From the NCBI GenBank assembly GCA_964542925.1, contig CAZIWG010000003.1, forward strand, positions 10,763 to 74,762: DNA of 64,000 bases, given 5' to 3'. This document shows positions 29,845 to 41,429 of the stretch, in pieces. The translations under genes were made by a program, and so were the position numbers. Numbering within the stretch: position 1 is the first letter of the stretch; the number at the start of each line of letters is the position of its first letter. The notes under the pieces are model-generated. The model did no database searches. It saw only the letters and a list, made by a program, of their open reading frames with translations, and had not been told where the DNA came from. Origin of the DNA: an uncultured Granulosicoccaceae bacterium (lineage in GTDB: Bacteria; Pseudomonadota; Gammaproteobacteria; AKS1).

Positions 29845-31932
29845 TTACGCGTCACCATCACCAATCGCTTTCATACTTAAACGAATACGACCTTGCTTAT
29901 CAACTTCAAGCACTTTGACTTTGATAGTATCGCCTTCGGTTAACTTATCACTGACGTTCTCAACACGTTCGTTAGAGATTTGTGAGATGTGAACCAGGCC
30001 ATCTTTACCAGGAAGAATCGTTACGAATGCACCGAAGTCCATGATCTTGGCGACCTTGCCTTCGTAAATCGTACCGACTTCCACGTCTGCAGTAATCTGC
30101 TCTACACGTTTGCGTGCTGCCAAGCCTGCTGCGTTATCAACCGATGAAATCTTCACGGTGCCATCGTCAGTTAAGTCGATGCTAGCGCCTGTTTCTTCAG
30201 TAATTGAACGGATAGTTGCACCGCCTTTACCGATAACATCACGAATTTTATCCGGGTTGATCTTGAAAGTGATAATGCGTGGTGCGTAGTCAGACAGTTC
30301 TTCACGTGGCTTATCAAGAACCTTAGCCATTTCACCAAGGATGAAGATACGTGCATCGTATGCTTGTGTCAGTGCCGCTTGCATGATGTCTTTAGTAATA
30401 CCTTCAATCTTGATATCCATCTGCAAGGCAGTAATACCTTCAACTGAACCGGCTACCTTAAAGTCCATATCACCAAGATGATCTTCATCACCCAAAATAT
30501 CAGTCAGAACGGCAAACTTATCGCCTTCTTTAATTAAGCCCATTGCAATACCTGCAACCGGTGCTTTTAGTTCAACACCCGCATCCATCATGGCAAGTGA
30601 GGCACCACAAACAGAAGCCATTGAGCTTGAACCGTTTGATTCAGTGATTTCAGATACAACACGAACTGAGTATGGGTATTCTTCCATGTTAGGCATAACA
30701 CCTAAAACACCACGCTTAGCAAGACGGCCATGACCGATTTCACGACGACCAGGATTACCAACACGACCTGTTTCGTTAACACTGTATGGAGGGAAGTTGT
30801 AATGCATCATGAAGGCATCTTTAGTTGAACCTTCTAACGCGTCAATAATTTGTGCATCACGGTTTGTACCCAGTGTAGTCACAACCAAGGCTTGAGTTTC
30901 GCCACGTGTAAACAAGGCTGAACCATGTGTACGTGGTAATACACCTACGCGTACATCAATCGCACGAACTGTTGCTGTATCACGACCATCAATACGCGGG
31001 TGACCATCGATAATGCGACCACGAACCACTTTCTTTTCAAGTGAACCAAATGCACCAGAAATCTCTTCAGCAGTTGGACCATCGTCAGTCGCTAGTTTTT
31101 CGATTGTTGCTTGACGTACTTCATCAATCTTAGAGTAACGCGCTAGCTTTTCGGCAATTTGGTAAGCTTCAGTTATACCATCAGTTGCGATACTAGCCAC
31201 GGATGCAGCAAGCGCTTCGTTTGTTGCAGGTGCTGTCCATTCCCATTTTTCAGTGCCAACTTCAGCAGCGAATTCAGCAATAGCATCAATGACAACTTGC
31301 ATTTTTTCATGACCGAACATCACTGCGCCGAGCATTACGTCTTCTGATAAACAGTTAGCTTCAGACTCAACCATCAGTACTGCGCTATCTGTACCGGCAA
31401 CAACCAAATTAAGATCAGAAGTTTTCAGTGCTTCAAAGCCTGGGTTAAGAAGGTATTCACCGTCTTTGTAACCAACGCGTGCTGCGCCGATTGGACCATT
31501 GAATGGTGCACCTGAAATAGCTAGTGCAGCCGACGTACCAATCAGTGCGGGAATGTCAGGATCAATATCTGGGTTTAAAGAAATAACCGCTGCGATAACT
31601 TGTACTTCGTTCTTGAAACCTTTCGGGAACAAGGGGCGAATCGGACGATCAATCAGACGTGATGTTAGTGTTTCTTTTTCACTTGGACGGCCTTCACGAC
31701 GGAAGAAGCCACCAGGAATTTTACCAGCAGCGTAGGTACGCTCTTGGTAGTTCACAGTGAGAGGGAAAAAGTCGCGACCTTCAGCTGCGGTTTTTTGTGC
31801 AACTGCGGTAACTAATAATACAGTGTCATCAACACTGATCATGACGGCACCACTTGCCTGACGTGCTATTTCACCCGTTTCTAGGGTGACAGTATGATCG
31901 CCATACTGAAACGATTTCTTGATCGAAGCCAC
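29845..31932 (-). CDS. pnp: Polyribonucleotide nucleotidyltransferase (PNPase)
   Basis: 695 aa with a GTG start. [19 protein letters not shown], two RNase PH domains, then KH and S1 ([18 protein letters not shown]). Confidence 0.97.
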   Translation of the reverse strand: MASIKKSFQYGDHTVTLETGEIARQASGAVMISVDDTVLLVTAVAQKTAAEGRDFFPLTVNYQERTYAAGKIPGGFFRREGRPSEKETLTSRLIDRPIRPLFPKGFKNEVQVIAAVISLNPDIDPDIPALIGTSAALAISGAPFNGPIGAARVGYKDGEYLLNPGFEALKTSDLNLVVAGTDSAVLMVESEANCLSEDVMLGAVMFGHEKMQVVIDAIAEFAAEVGTEKWEWTAPATNEALAASVASIATDGITEAYQIAEKLARYSKIDEVRQATIEKLATDDGPTAEEISGAFGSLEKKVVRGRIIDGHPRIDGRDTATVRAIDVRVGVLPRTHGSALFTRGETQALVVTTLGTNRDAQIIDALEGSTKDAFMMHYNFPPYSVNETGRVGNPGRREIGHGRLAKRGVLGVMPNMEEYPYSVRVVSEITESNGSSSMASVCGASLAMMDAGVELKAPVAGIAMGLIKEGDKFAVLTDILGDEDHLGDMDFKVAGSVEGITALQMDIKIEGITKDIMQAALTQAYDARIFILGEMAKVLDKPREELSDYAPRIITFKINPDKIRDVIGKGGATIRSITEETGASIDLTDDGTVKISSVDNAAGLAARKRVEQITADVEVGTIYEGKVAKIMDFGAFVTILPGKDGLVHISQISNERVENVSDKLTEGDTIKVKVLEVDKQGRIRLSMKAIGDGDA

Positions 31933-31970
31933 AAGGGAATCCTTACGTGTAGAGTTTTAAAAATGTTTTC

Positions 31971-32240
31971 TTATTTACGCAGACCAAGGCTGGCAATAAG
32001 TTCACGGTAACGTGTTACGTCTTTACCTTTCAGGTAATCAAGCAACTTGCGACGCTTGTTAACCATTCTTAGCAAACCTTGACGTGAATGATGATCGTGA
32101 ATGTGTTCTTTGAAGTGTCCAGACAAATCATTGATGCGTGCGGACAAAATAGCTACTTGCACTTCCGGAGAACCGGTGTCGCTGTCGCTACGCTTATGGT
32201 CAGAAACTAGCTGACCTTTTTGTTCAGTACTGATACTCAT
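31971..32240 (-). CDS. rpsO: 30S ribosomal protein S15
   Basis: 89 aa, ...[40 protein letters not shown]. Confidence 0.97.
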   Translation of the reverse strand: MSISTEQKGQLVSDHKRSDSDTGSPEVQVAILSARINDLSGHFKEHIHDHHSRQGLLRMVNKRRKLLDYLKGKDVTRYRELIASLGLRK

Positions 32241-32322
32241 TTAATACTCCTGATCCGGCCCCATGCAGGATTTTCGAAGGCGCGTATTTTAAACCGCAAC
32301 TACTCAATAAACAAGGAAAAAA

Positions 32323-33264
32323 TCAGCTTTCAGCCGTTTCTGTTGGGATATTTAGTAGTCGTTTTGGCGTGACACGGCCATCATCTAGAATTTGCCCTAC
32401 GCCAATGAAGTTTGTTTCTTCTGCAAACAGGCTAACCAAGCCTGATGTGGGCGCGTGAGGCACGGTGACAGCCTGTCCCTGACGCAGGTAATACGCCGCA
32501 TCGGGTGATAATCTGACCTCAGGCCACTCTATTAAGGCACTTTCTATGGGTTTAACAAAACTATTGAGTTTTTCACGGTCGTTCTGCTCTGCATCGATAA
32601 GTGTGTCCATGCTGACCATGTCTTGCTCTGTAAACACGCCTAATGCCGTACGTCTAAGATCGCTGGCATGCGCCCCACAGCCCAATTCAGCACCTATATC
32701 CTCAAGAAGCGTACGGATATAAGTGCCTTTGGAGCAAACAATATCAACCGTAAAGGTCGTTTCGGTCATATTGAGCAAGGTAATGGAGTGAATGCTAATA
32801 GGACGCGCCTCTCGTTCGATCACAATACCTTGCCGAGCCAGCTTATAAAGTGGCTCACCCTCATGTTTCAGCGCCGAATACATGGGGGGAATTTGCATAA
32901 TTTCGCCCGTGAACTGGGCTAATATAAATTCTAGTTGCGCTTTATCAAATGCGGGAACCGGCTTTTCGTCAAGAATATCACCTTCCCGATCGCCGGTAGC
33001 CGTCGTCACACCCAGTTGTGCAGTGGCGCGATAGTGCTTGTCTGTATTGACAATATAAGTAGCGAGTTTAGTAGCTTCACCAAAACAAATCGCCAATAAA
33101 CCGGTTGCAAGCGGATCTAAGGTACCCGTATGGCCGGCCTTTTTAGCAAATAAGAGATTTTTAACCGTTTGTAAGGCCTTGTTAGAGGTCATTCCGAGTG
33201 GTTTGTCTAACAACAAGACACCATTCACATTCCTGCCACGATTAGCACTACGACGTCTACCCAC
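32323..33264 (-). CDS. truB: tRNA pseudouridine(55) synthase
   Basis: GVLLLDKPLGMTSN...AGHTGTLDPLATGLL (catalytic Asp motif). 313 aa, GTG start, 3' PUA-like region. Confidence 0.95.
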   Translation of the reverse strand: MGRRRSANRGRNVNGVLLLDKPLGMTSNKALQTVKNLLFAKKAGHTGTLDPLATGLLAICFGEATKLATYIVNTDKHYRATAQLGVTTATGDREGDILDEKPVPAFDKAQLEFILAQFTGEIMQIPPMYSALKHEGEPLYKLARQGIVIEREARPISIHSITLLNMTETTFTVDIVCSKGTYIRTLLEDIGAELGCGAHASDLRRTALGVFTEQDMVSMDTLIDAEQNDREKLNSFVKPIESALIEWPEVRLSPDAAYYLRQGQAVTVPHAPTSGLVSLFAEETNFIGVGQILDDGRVTPKRLLNIPTETAES

Positions 33265-33269
33265 GAAAA

Positions 33270-33638
33270 TTAATCTTCGTCGTGTCGATCGTTTTTAACA
33301 GCATCATGAATCAATTTTGCCATAGACATGCCCTTTTCAAGTGACTCATCATATTTGAATTTGAGCTCAGGAACTATTCTAAGACGCATTGCTTTGCCGA
33401 GTTCACGGCGCAAAAAGCCATTGGCTTTGTGTAACACTTTGAGAATTTCTTTGTGACTGTGTTTATCTGTCAAGCTAGTCACAAAGACAGTGGCATAAGC
33501 CAGATCACGCGTCACCTCAACGGCAGAAACACTTAAAAGATTTAAGCGTGGATCCTGCATATCACGTTGTATCAGTTGCGCGAGTTCACGCTGGATCTGA
33601 TCGGCGACTCGTTCGCTACGCGAAAATTCTCTAGCCAT
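33270..33638 (-). CDS. rbfA: Ribosome-binding factor A
   Basis: 122 aa. RSERVADQIQRELAQLIQRDMQDPRL...VEVTRDLAYATVF. Confidence 0.95.
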   Translation of the reverse strand: MAREFSRSERVADQIQRELAQLIQRDMQDPRLNLLSVSAVEVTRDLAYATVFVTSLTDKHSHKEILKVLHKANGFLRRELGKAMRLRIVPELKFKYDESLEKGMSMAKLIHDAVKNDRHDED

Positions 33639-33641
33639 GCC

Positions 33642-36173
33642 TTACAGCTTACGCTCAACCAAAATACGTTCATAAACTTCAATCTGATCACCCGGTTTAA
33701 CGTCATTGTAATTCTTAACGCCAATTCCACATTCAGTACCAGATTTAACCGACTCGACATCGTCTTTGTGTCGACGTAATGATTCGAGTTCACCTTCGTA
33801 AACAACCACATCATCACGCAATACACGAATTGGGTTGGTACGCTTGATGGTACCTTCGGTCACCATACAACCTGCAATTGCACCGAGTTTAGATGAACGG
33901 AACACATCGCGCACTTCGGCAAGACCAATAATTTCGTCTTTGTAAATAGGTTTAAGCATACCCAAGACCGAACTTTTCACTTCATCAATCGCGTCGTAAA
34001 TAATGCTGTAATAATGTAAGTCGACTTCTTCATCTGCGATCATTTTCTTTGCAGTGGCATCGGCACGTACATTAAAACCAATCATAATAGCTGAGGATGC
34101 AACCGCTAACTGAACGTCAGACTCATTAATACCACCTACACCACTCGATACAATATTCACACGTACTTCGTCATTTGAAATGTCACGCAGTGCCTCACCT
34201 AATGCTTCAGCAGAACCATGTACGTCGGCTTTAAGGACAATGTTAAGTGAATCAACATTACCGCCTTCCATTTGCGAGAACATGTTTTCAAGTTTAGCCG
34301 CTTGTTGACGAGCCATCTTGGTATCACGCTGCTTAGTACCACGGAACTGCGCTACTTCACGTGCTTTACGCTCACTATCTACAACAATCATTTCATCACC
34401 GGCACCTGGTGTGCCAGATAAACCTAAAATCTCAACCGGAATAGATGGTCCAGCAGATTCAATAACCTTGCCATTTTCATCCATCATGGCACGAACACGA
34501 CCGAACTCAGAACCACATAAAACAATGTCGCTCTTTTTAAGTGTACCGTTTTGAATCAAGATACTGGCAACCGTACCGCGACCTTTATCTAGTCGTGCTT
34601 CAATCACCACACCGGATGCTTTTGAATCAACAACGGCTTTCAGCTCGAGTAATTCAGCCTGCAGTAAGATGGCATCAAGTAACTCAGGAACACCTTCACC
34701 AGTATGCGCAGAAACTTTCATAAACATCACATCGCCGCCGTACTCTTCAGGTACCACTTCTTCAGCAACCAATTCATTCGTAACTTTGGCAGGATCAGCT
34801 TCAGGTTTATCAATTTTATTAATTGCAATAATCATGGGAACACCGGAAGCACGCGCATGTTGAATCGCTTCTTTGGTTTGTGGCATCACACCATCTTCTG
34901 CCGCAACCACAATCACAACAATATCGGTTGCTTTAGCACCACGCGCACGCATTGCCGTAAAGGCTGCATGGCCGGGTGTATCAAGGAAGGTAATCATGCC
35001 TTTATCTGTATCAACATGATAAGCACCAATATGCTGAGTAATACCACCCGCCTCGCCTTCAGCTACATTGGCTTTGCGAATATAATCAAGTAATGATGTC
35101 TTACCGTGATCAACATGACCCATAATCGTCACAACCGGTGCGCGACTTACTTCATTACCTGTCAGTTCTTCATGCAAAGAAAGCACTTCATCTTCCGCTA
35201 CACTTTCAGCCATCATCTTCGGCGTGTGACCCATTTCTTCAACCACAATTGCAGCTGTTTCTTGGTCTAGCATTTGATTAATCGTCACCATGCTACCCAT
35301 GCCCATCATAACTTTGATCACTTCACCGGCTTTGACCTTCATCTTTTGGGCAAGTTCACCAACAGTAATAGTTTGTGGGATTTGCACATCATGAACGATA
35401 GGCGCTGTTGGCATTTCAAAGCCATGTTCTTCTGAACCACCCGTTGAAATAGGACGACGTTTACCCTTAGTGCGTTTTCTACGACGACCTGATTTATCAC
35501 CAGCGACATGTAATTCTTTACGGCCGTACTTAGTGCTACCTGAAGATTTTTCTTTATCTTTGGCGCGACCTTTTGCTTTACGAGGATCACCTGTGGGTTT
35601 CTTTTCTGGTTCTGCGCTAGTTTTAGTTTTCTTCTCTCCACTCGCTTTAGCTTCCACATCAGATTTTAACTTCTCTGCTGCTTCTTTTTCAGCTTGAACG
35701 CGTGCCGCTTCATCTTCTTCGGCTTGTTTCGCTTCCGCTTCTTGCTTCGCTTTCGCTTCGTCTATGACGCGCTGCTCAGCTTCTTGCTTCAAACGAGCCT
35801 CTTCTTCAACACGCACCTGTTCTTCACGTACTTTTTCTTCTTCTGCCTGAACCACACCACGTTTTACATAAGTACGCTTTTTCCGTACTTCAACATTAAC
35901 CGTTTTCCTCTTCGCGCCACTACCAACACTTAGTTCACTGACTGTACGGCGTTTCAAGGTGATCTTTTTCGGCTCAGCGCTTACCATTTCTTCTTTTACT
36001 GCCTCTTTGCCGTGTGACTGGCGCAAATGACCAAGCAATTTGGTTTTATCCTTATCAGAAATTTCTGAAGCTGCATCTTTGGCAGACAGACCGGCATCGA
36101 CGATCTGTGCGAGTAATCTCTCAACTGAGATTCCTACAACTTCTGCTAACTGTTTTACTGTTACGTCAGACAT
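33642..36173 (-). CDS. infB: Translation initiation factor IF-2
   Basis: 843 aa. Charged N-terminal region, G domain [17 protein letters not shown] / DTPGHAAF / NKID, and C-terminal IF2 domains. Confidence 0.97.
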   Translation of the reverse strand: MSDVTVKQLAEVVGISVERLLAQIVDAGLSAKDAASEISDKDKTKLLGHLRQSHGKEAVKEEMVSAEPKKITLKRRTVSELSVGSGAKRKTVNVEVRKKRTYVKRGVVQAEEEKVREEQVRVEEEARLKQEAEQRVIDEAKAKQEAEAKQAEEDEAARVQAEKEAAEKLKSDVEAKASGEKKTKTSAEPEKKPTGDPRKAKGRAKDKEKSSGSTKYGRKELHVAGDKSGRRRKRTKGKRRPISTGGSEEHGFEMPTAPIVHDVQIPQTITVGELAQKMKVKAGEVIKVMMGMGSMVTINQMLDQETAAIVVEEMGHTPKMMAESVAEDEVLSLHEELTGNEVSRAPVVTIMGHVDHGKTSLLDYIRKANVAEGEAGGITQHIGAYHVDTDKGMITFLDTPGHAAFTAMRARGAKATDIVVIVVAAEDGVMPQTKEAIQHARASGVPMIIAINKIDKPEADPAKVTNELVAEEVVPEEYGGDVMFMKVSAHTGEGVPELLDAILLQAELLELKAVVDSKASGVVIEARLDKGRGTVASILIQNGTLKKSDIVLCGSEFGRVRAMMDENGKVIESAGPSIPVEILGLSGTPGAGDEMIVVDSERKAREVAQFRGTKQRDTKMARQQAAKLENMFSQMEGGNVDSLNIVLKADVHGSAEALGEALRDISNDEVRVNIVSSGVGGINESDVQLAVASSAIMIGFNVRADATAKKMIADEEVDLHYYSIIYDAIDEVKSSVLGMLKPIYKDEIIGLAEVRDVFRSSKLGAIAGCMVTEGTIKRTNPIRVLRDDVVVYEGELESLRRHKDDVESVKSGTECGIGVKNYNDVKPGDQIEVYERILVERKL

Positions 36174-36203
36174 TCATCACTACTCTTATAAGTTGTCTTG
36201 TTA

Positions 36204-37715
36204 TTAACCTTGGTTTTCTTCTTCAGCAAACCATGGTTCACGTGCTTTCATAATTAACTGTGCGGCACGCTCATCATCAAGCCCATCAATATCTACAATC
36301 TCGTCAACAGATTGTTCAGCCAGATCTTCCATGGTGATAATGCCCTTGGCTGCCATCTTATGTGCTAACTGTTCATCCATGCCTTCCATGTTAAGCAGAT
36401 CATCGGCTGGTTTATCATCACCTAATAATTCTTCAGAAGCGATTGCCTTAGTGAGCAATACATCTTTCGCTCGATTACGCAGCTCTTCAACCATATCTTC
36501 ATCAAATTCTTCAATCTCGATCATCTCTTCAATCGGCACGTAAGCAACTTCTTCAAGTGAAGTAAAGCCTTCTTGAACAAGAATGACAGCAATTTCTTCA
36601 TCCACATCCATTTGTTCCATGAATAGTTTTTGAACTTTATCGGCTTCTGAATCGCTCTTTTCTTCCGCTTGCGCTTCAGACATCACATTCAGTTCCCAAC
36701 CCGTCAATTCACTCGCAAGGCGTACATTTTGACCACCACGACCAATCGCTAACGACAATTGATCCTCTGCAACGGCGATATCCATCATGTGTGAGTCTTC
36801 ATCAATCACAATCGATGCCACTTCTGCGGGTGACATGGCATTAATTACATACTGCGCCGGATTTTCATCCCACAAAATAATGTCAACTCGTTCGCCAGCG
36901 ATTTCACTTGATACTGCTTGTACGCGTGAACCACGCATACCGACACAAGCACCGACGGGGTCAATGCGTTGGTCATTACTTTTTACTGCAATTTTGGCAC
37001 GCAAACCCGTATCACGCGCTGCACCTAAAATTTCAATTAACTCGTCGCCAACTTCAGGTACTTCAAGTTTAAATAGTTCAATCAAGAACTCAGGGCTAAC
37101 ACGGCTAATAAATAATTGTGGCCCACGTACTTCAGAACTCACTTCATACAGGTAACCGCGTATCCGATCACCTGAACGAATCGGTTCACGTGGAATCATA
37201 TCTTCACGTGAAATTAAACCTTCAGCATTATTGCCGAGATCAATAATGACATTGCCACGCTCAACACGTTTCACGATACCCGTGACTAATTCACCAACGC
37301 GATCTTGGTAGGCTTCAACAACCTGCGCTCGTTCCGCCTCACGTACTTTTTGCATAATCACTTGCTTAGCCGTTTGCGCTGCAATACGACCAAAGGCTTC
37401 TGATTCCATTGGTTCAGAAATGACATCGCCAACTTGCACATCGGGATCGCGTAATATCGCTTCTTCGTAGGTCAAAACAGAATCACGTGTTTCTGGATCG
37501 AAATCCATGATGTCAATCACGTCCCAAGTTCGGAACGTATCGTATTCACCCGTTTCGCGATCAATTTCAACGCGCACACCAATTTCGCCTTCGCTTTTGT
37601 GACGTTTCTTTGTGGCTGTTGCTAATGCTGCTTCAATCGCACCAAAAATAACGTCTTTCTCAACGCCCTTCTCATTTGATACTGCATCAACAACCATTAA
37701 TATTTCTTTCGACAT
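36204..37715 (-). CDS. nusA: Transcription termination/antitermination factor NusA
   Basis: 503 aa. N-terminal domain, S1, KH1/KH2 (IGRGGQNVRLASELTGW) and C-terminal acidic AR repeats. Confidence 0.97.
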   Translation of the reverse strand: MSKEILMVVDAVSNEKGVEKDVIFGAIEAALATATKKRHKSEGEIGVRVEIDRETGEYDTFRTWDVIDIMDFDPETRDSVLTYEEAILRDPDVQVGDVISEPMESEAFGRIAAQTAKQVIMQKVREAERAQVVEAYQDRVGELVTGIVKRVERGNVIIDLGNNAEGLISREDMIPREPIRSGDRIRGYLYEVSSEVRGPQLFISRVSPEFLIELFKLEVPEVGDELIEILGAARDTGLRAKIAVKSNDQRIDPVGACVGMRGSRVQAVSSEIAGERVDIILWDENPAQYVINAMSPAEVASIVIDEDSHMMDIAVAEDQLSLAIGRGGQNVRLASELTGWELNVMSEAQAEEKSDSEADKVQKLFMEQMDVDEEIAVILVQEGFTSLEEVAYVPIEEMIEIEEFDEDMVEELRNRAKDVLLTKAIASEELLGDDKPADDLLNMEGMDEQLAHKMAAKGIITMEDLAEQSVDEIVDIDGLDDERAAQLIMKAREPWFAEEENQG

Positions 37716-37725
37716 ATCCTCGCCT

Positions 37726-38184
37726 CTACCATTCCGGTTTCAGTTTCGCCTTATCTATATCCGCTAATGAAAGCAAAACACTTTCATCGTTTTCTAAATT
37801 CAGTGACAACTTGTTATCTTCAACACCCGCAAGCTGCCCTACAAATTTTCGTTGTCCGTCTATCGGGGTATGCATACGTATTTCTGCACGCTCACCGGTA
37901 AACCGTTCGTAATGCTGAGCCGTAAATAACGGTCGCTCAAGCCCTGGTGATGATACTTCCAAGGTGTACTGCCCCGATAACGGTTCTTCAACATCCAGCA
38001 CGCCACTAATTTGATGGCTAGCTTTCTGACAATCTTCTACATCGACACCCGTTGGGCTATCAATATATATCCTTAGTATGGAGTGCTTACCCTGAGCCGT
38101 GTACTCGACACCAACCAACTCATAACCCAGCGCATCCAGTGATGGCTCAATCATTGCCGCTATTTTGACTGTCTGTTGACCCAT
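37726..38184 (-). CDS. rimP: Ribosome maturation factor RimP
   Basis: About 152 aa from the ATG at 38184, with GGAAGGA upstream. ...LGYELVGVEY...ILRIYID...LEVSSPGLERPL is the RimP pattern. The longer ORF-track start (38247) would run through a terminator hairpin. Confidence 0.9.
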   Translation of the reverse strand: MGQQTVKIAAMIEPSLDALGYELVGVEYTAQGKHSILRIYIDSPTGVDVEDCQKASHQISGVLDVEEPLSGQYTLEVSSPGLERPLFTAQHYERFTGERAEIRMHTPIDGQRKFVGQLAGVEDNKLSLNLENDESVLLSLADIDKAKLKPEW

Positions 38185-38202
38185 TTCATTCCTTCCGGAA
38201 AC

Positions 38203-38224
38203 AAAAAATGGGCGCAAGGCCCAC
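38203..38224 (-). terminator. Hairpin plus U-tract immediately upstream of rimP (terminator/attenuator)
   Basis: Minus strand reads GTGGGC-CTTGC-GCCCA-TTTTTT. It ends about 18 nt before the rimP start codon. Confidence 0.6.
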
Positions 38225-38268
38225 TCCAAAAACCGCTTTCTAACCACAAATACCGTGAAAGCGCGCTG

Positions 38269-38274
38269 ATTATA
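38269..38274 (-). promoter_or_regulatory. Candidate -10 element (TATAAT) with GC-rich discriminator upstream of rimP
   Basis: Minus strand reads GGCTATAATCAGCGCGC, a perfect -10 hexamer followed by the GC-rich CAGCGCGC. No convincing -35. Confidence 0.25.
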
Positions 38275-38488
38275 GCCCCGAGGACGGTAAAACGCTAGTA
38301 CTTCATGGGTTTACTGGGTATTTTCTGGCTATTTCACGTAAGACAGAAGAATTGTTCTAAATAAATAGCCGCGATTTTACTCAAAATCAGCATAATTCCT
38401 TTAATATCAATGAGTAATTAAAAAAATATCACCTCAATATAAAAGACATCTCGATAGAGAAGCTTTAAGATCATCTAGTTAAGATGAT

Positions 38489-39529
38489 TCAAGCAGTATT
38501 TATTATCGTGGCCGAATCAGGTATGTCGTTTATACTGCGGTAGTGTTGTAAAGTCATGCGTACACCATCACTAAAAGAAGTGAACTTGGGTAATTGAATT
38601 AATCCCCTAAGTTTACTGATATCAGAAATATAATCTCCTGTTTCCACCTGCCTGTAATCATCAGGCCATGGTACATTGTTTATTGTAACGTCCTTAACTT
38701 GACTGGCAATCGTTGCAGCAGCTTCAGATAAACTTATACCGCTACTCCCACCTAGATTGAATATCTGATTCAGACATTTTCGAGTTGCAGTTGCAGTAAG
38801 AATTGCAGAGACAGTATCATTTATATAGATATAATCACGTTTCTGATCACCTTTCCCGAAAATAGAAATTTCACGGCCTTCCGCTGCATATTGAATGAAT
38901 CTATTAATAATTCCGTATCCGCTAGACTCTACTTTTTGATGAGGGCCATATGGGTTAGATATTCTAAAAATCATGTAATCAAGTTTTCCTACCTGAGAAA
39001 ATAGTCGCAGATAATTTTCAACTGTAATCTTATTGACCGCATACATGCTCATTGGTAGTAAAGGATGAGATTCATCAACAGGAAGATAATCAGGTTTCCC
39101 ATATACCAGACGGGTACTTGAAAAAACAATTAGTGGCTGCGTCATCGTTTTAGAACATTCGTGAATCAATCTCATATGTATTCGACATTCTGCATCAAGA
39201 CTATCTTCAGGGCTCCGATTGCTCTCTACTGAAGAAGAAACACCCGCAAAATTAAATATAATATCCTGATTTTTTATCGCTTCACGTAATAGTGAAGTAT
39301 CACCAATGTCACCATGAAATACCCGATGCAATTCACCACCAGCACGAGGTCGTTTACGGCGACTAATTATTGAAACTATTGCACCTAACTGCTGAAGGGC
39401 ATGTATTGTGTTAACGCCCAGAAAACCATCTGCACCAGTGACTAGCACTCTCATATCCTTAAAGTGCTCAGATACTAGTTTGTTTTCTGTAACCCAGAAG
39501 CTATTAAGTTTGGTATTAACCATATGCAT
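38489..39529 (-). CDS. NAD-dependent epimerase/dehydratase (extended SDR)
   Basis: VLVTGADGFLGVN (Rossmann GxxGxxG) and SMYAVNK (YxxxK). The start could instead be the ATG at 39454 (MRVLVTG...). Confidence 0.85.
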   Translation of the reverse strand: MHMVNTKLNSFWVTENKLVSEHFKDMRVLVTGADGFLGVNTIHALQQLGAIVSIISRRKRPRAGGELHRVFHGDIGDTSLLREAIKNQDIIFNFAGVSSSVESNRSPEDSLDAECRIHMRLIHECSKTMTQPLIVFSSTRLVYGKPDYLPVDESHPLLPMSMYAVNKITVENYLRLFSQVGKLDYMIFRISNPYGPHQKVESSGYGIINRFIQYAAEGREISIFGKGDQKRDYIYINDTVSAILTATATRKCLNQIFNLGGSSGISLSEAAATIASQVKDVTINNVPWPDDYRQVETGDYISDISKLRGLIQLPKFTSFSDGVRMTLQHYRSINDIPDSATIINTA

Positions 39530-39552
39530 AAACCATCGATTCTCAGTTAAAT

Positions 39553-40509
39553 CTATTTACCATCTTTCCCAAGTATTACAACTACCCATGGATTTATTGG
39601 AGATCCTCGCAGAAATTTAAACACTGTTCGTGATACGAGCCAAAATGAAAATCTGACAGGAAGTCCAAACAGATACCCTAATAAATTATGCTTACTGCGA
39701 ATAAACCCCCAATAATTTTCAACAGGCAGAGAATCAGAATAATTACACCCTGCTTCAAAAAACATATTTTTATAATCACCAATTGATAATAAAAATGGAT
39801 CAGTTGGCCTAGATGGGCGAATTTTATAACTCCCTTCATCACGCCCATGAAATATGTCGAAAGGGAAATAACGATTTGGACTACTGACAATAATTCGACC
39901 ATCAGGCTTTAGTACACGCGTCATTTCTTTGGCAAGTGCCAAGCGATCTTCTTTATACGTTTCAGAGACGATAAAACTATCTCCAACGACACCAACATGT
40001 GGAAAAACACAACCACAATAAACCGCGTCAAACGACTCATCATCAAAGGGTAAATGTAACCCATTTGCCATCAATAATCGCTCGTGATAAGAACGTCTTG
40101 GCCATACGTCAGTTCTATTACCATTATCAATCCCGATACAGTTATAACCATCATCCGTAAGCAAATCAATATCAACACCCGTTCCACATCCAACTGAAAG
40201 CAGCCGTTTAGGCGAATTGGATTTTGGCCATATTTTATTAAATAACGGAATCCAGTAATTATTAGTCAGATCTTCGTTTGAACGCTCTTCATACAACATT
40301 AAGCTTTCATCTGTCTCATCTTCAAAACGACCTCCAACAACTAGATCTCTAAACCCTAATGTAATATTAAAATCCTCATTGCAATCAAGACATTTAATAA
40401 CGGTTGTTTCTTCCTCTAGCCGTCCATGACAACAAGGGCATACAAGTTCAACTGGGCATGGCATTAATGTCTTGATAGTTTCATTCACTGATTCAGTCCC
40501 TATATTCAT
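39553..40509 (-). CDS. Class I SAM-dependent methyltransferase with N-terminal Zn-ribbon (Trm112-like)
   Basis: N-terminal CPCCHGRL...IKCLDCNEDF zinc-ribbon. MT motif I LLSVGCGTGVDIDLL, then DAVYCGCVFPHV...LKPDGRIIV. Confidence 0.8.
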   Translation of the reverse strand: MNIGTESVNETIKTLMPCPVELVCPCCHGRLEEETTVIKCLDCNEDFNITLGFRDLVVGGRFEDETDESLMLYEERSNEDLTNNYWIPLFNKIWPKSNSPKRLLSVGCGTGVDIDLLTDDGYNCIGIDNGNRTDVWPRRSYHERLLMANGLHLPFDDESFDAVYCGCVFPHVGVVGDSFIVSETYKEDRLALAKEMTRVLKPDGRIIVSSPNRYFPFDIFHGRDEGSYKIRPSRPTDPFLLSIGDYKNMFFEAGCNYSDSLPVENYWGFIRSKHNLLGYLFGLPVRFSFWLVSRTVFKFLRGSPINPWVVVILGKDGK

Positions 40510-40538
40510 ACTATTCCTATATTTCCAAGATTAATAAT

Positions 40539-41429
40539 TTAACTAAACTTATTCGATGCCAACAAGAGCAGTGCTCGCGTAAACAACGTACTTGCAGCAA
40601 ACCACCGACGCATACTAATTAAACCAAGGTTATAATGTTCGCAATAACAACGATATGCGCCTTGATGGAAATCAATAATGTGCCATTTCCTTACTTTATA
40701 TGGTCGCTTCCCGCTACCTTTGCCTTCATAATGAATGATTTTTGATTGCGGGTGCAAATATACAGATTTACCGATTTTCCTAATCCGATCACAAAAAATT
40801 GCTTCGTGCCAGTAATAATAATCTTCAGCAAAACCTCCTATCGTATGGAAATCATCTTTACGAACCATTAATGCAGCGGCAGATACCCAATCTGCGGAAA
40901 AAGGAATGCCTTTATTCACCTTATCACGATACAAATAATCGCTGAGAACCTTCACATTTGGTAATAATTTACTCAAGTAGGAACGCCTGCCAAGAATTGC
41001 ATTTAAAGGTGTAGGAAAACGTCGGCCTGACCATTGATCAGTCATATCAGTATTCAATAATCTGCTACCAACGACGCCTATCTCTGATGACTTATCAAGG
41101 TAATCGACTAGCATGGCAATAGCATCATCAATAACTATCGTATCGTCATTCAAAAAATAATAATAACGGCTATTAGAAATATCTGCGCCCTGATTCGCTG
41201 CTTTACAAAAACCATAATTACCGGGGTTCTCAATCAACCGCACTTCAGGAAAATCTTTCTTACACATTGCTATTGAGTCATCAGATGAATCATTATCGAC
41301 ATAAATAATCTCGTATGATTTATCCAGCCAATTTGCCTTATTTAATGATTCAATACATTCACGAATAAAATCTGAAGCATTTAATCCAACAAGTATTATT
41401 GAAATATCATTTTGTTCTGATGTGTGCAT
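40539..41429 (-). CDS. Glycosyltransferase family 2
   Basis: ISIILVGLNASDFIRECIESL...IIYVDNDSSDDS...FLNDDTIV (DxD), a GT-A fold pattern. Confidence 0.88.
   Translation of the reverse strand: MHTSEQNDISIILVGLNASDFIRECIESLNKANWLDKSYEIIYVDNDSSDDSIAMCKKDFPEVRLIENPGNYGFCKAANQGADISNSRYYYFLNDDTIVIDDAIAMLVDYLDKSSEIGVVGSRLLNTDMTDQWSGRRFPTPLNAILGRRSYLSKLLPNVKVLSDYLYRDKVNKGIPFSADWVSAAALMVRKDDFHTIGGFAEDYYYWHEAIFCDRIRKIGKSVYLHPQSKIIHYEGKGSGKRPYKVRKWHIIDFHQGAYRCYCEHYNLGLISMRRWFAASTLFTRALLLLASNKFS

Noticed and set aside
38225-38488. Expected direct repeat of the tRNA-fMet 3' end (att-like scar) at the rimP-proximal island border.
   Set aside because: Reading this interval by eye, I found no match of about 12 nt or more to TGGTAGCGGGGGCAGGATTCGAACC or its complement. 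Only a short hairpin (ATCATCT/AGATGAT, about 38470-38490) is present at the end of the epimerase gene. A proper alignment is needed before claiming or excluding an att site.
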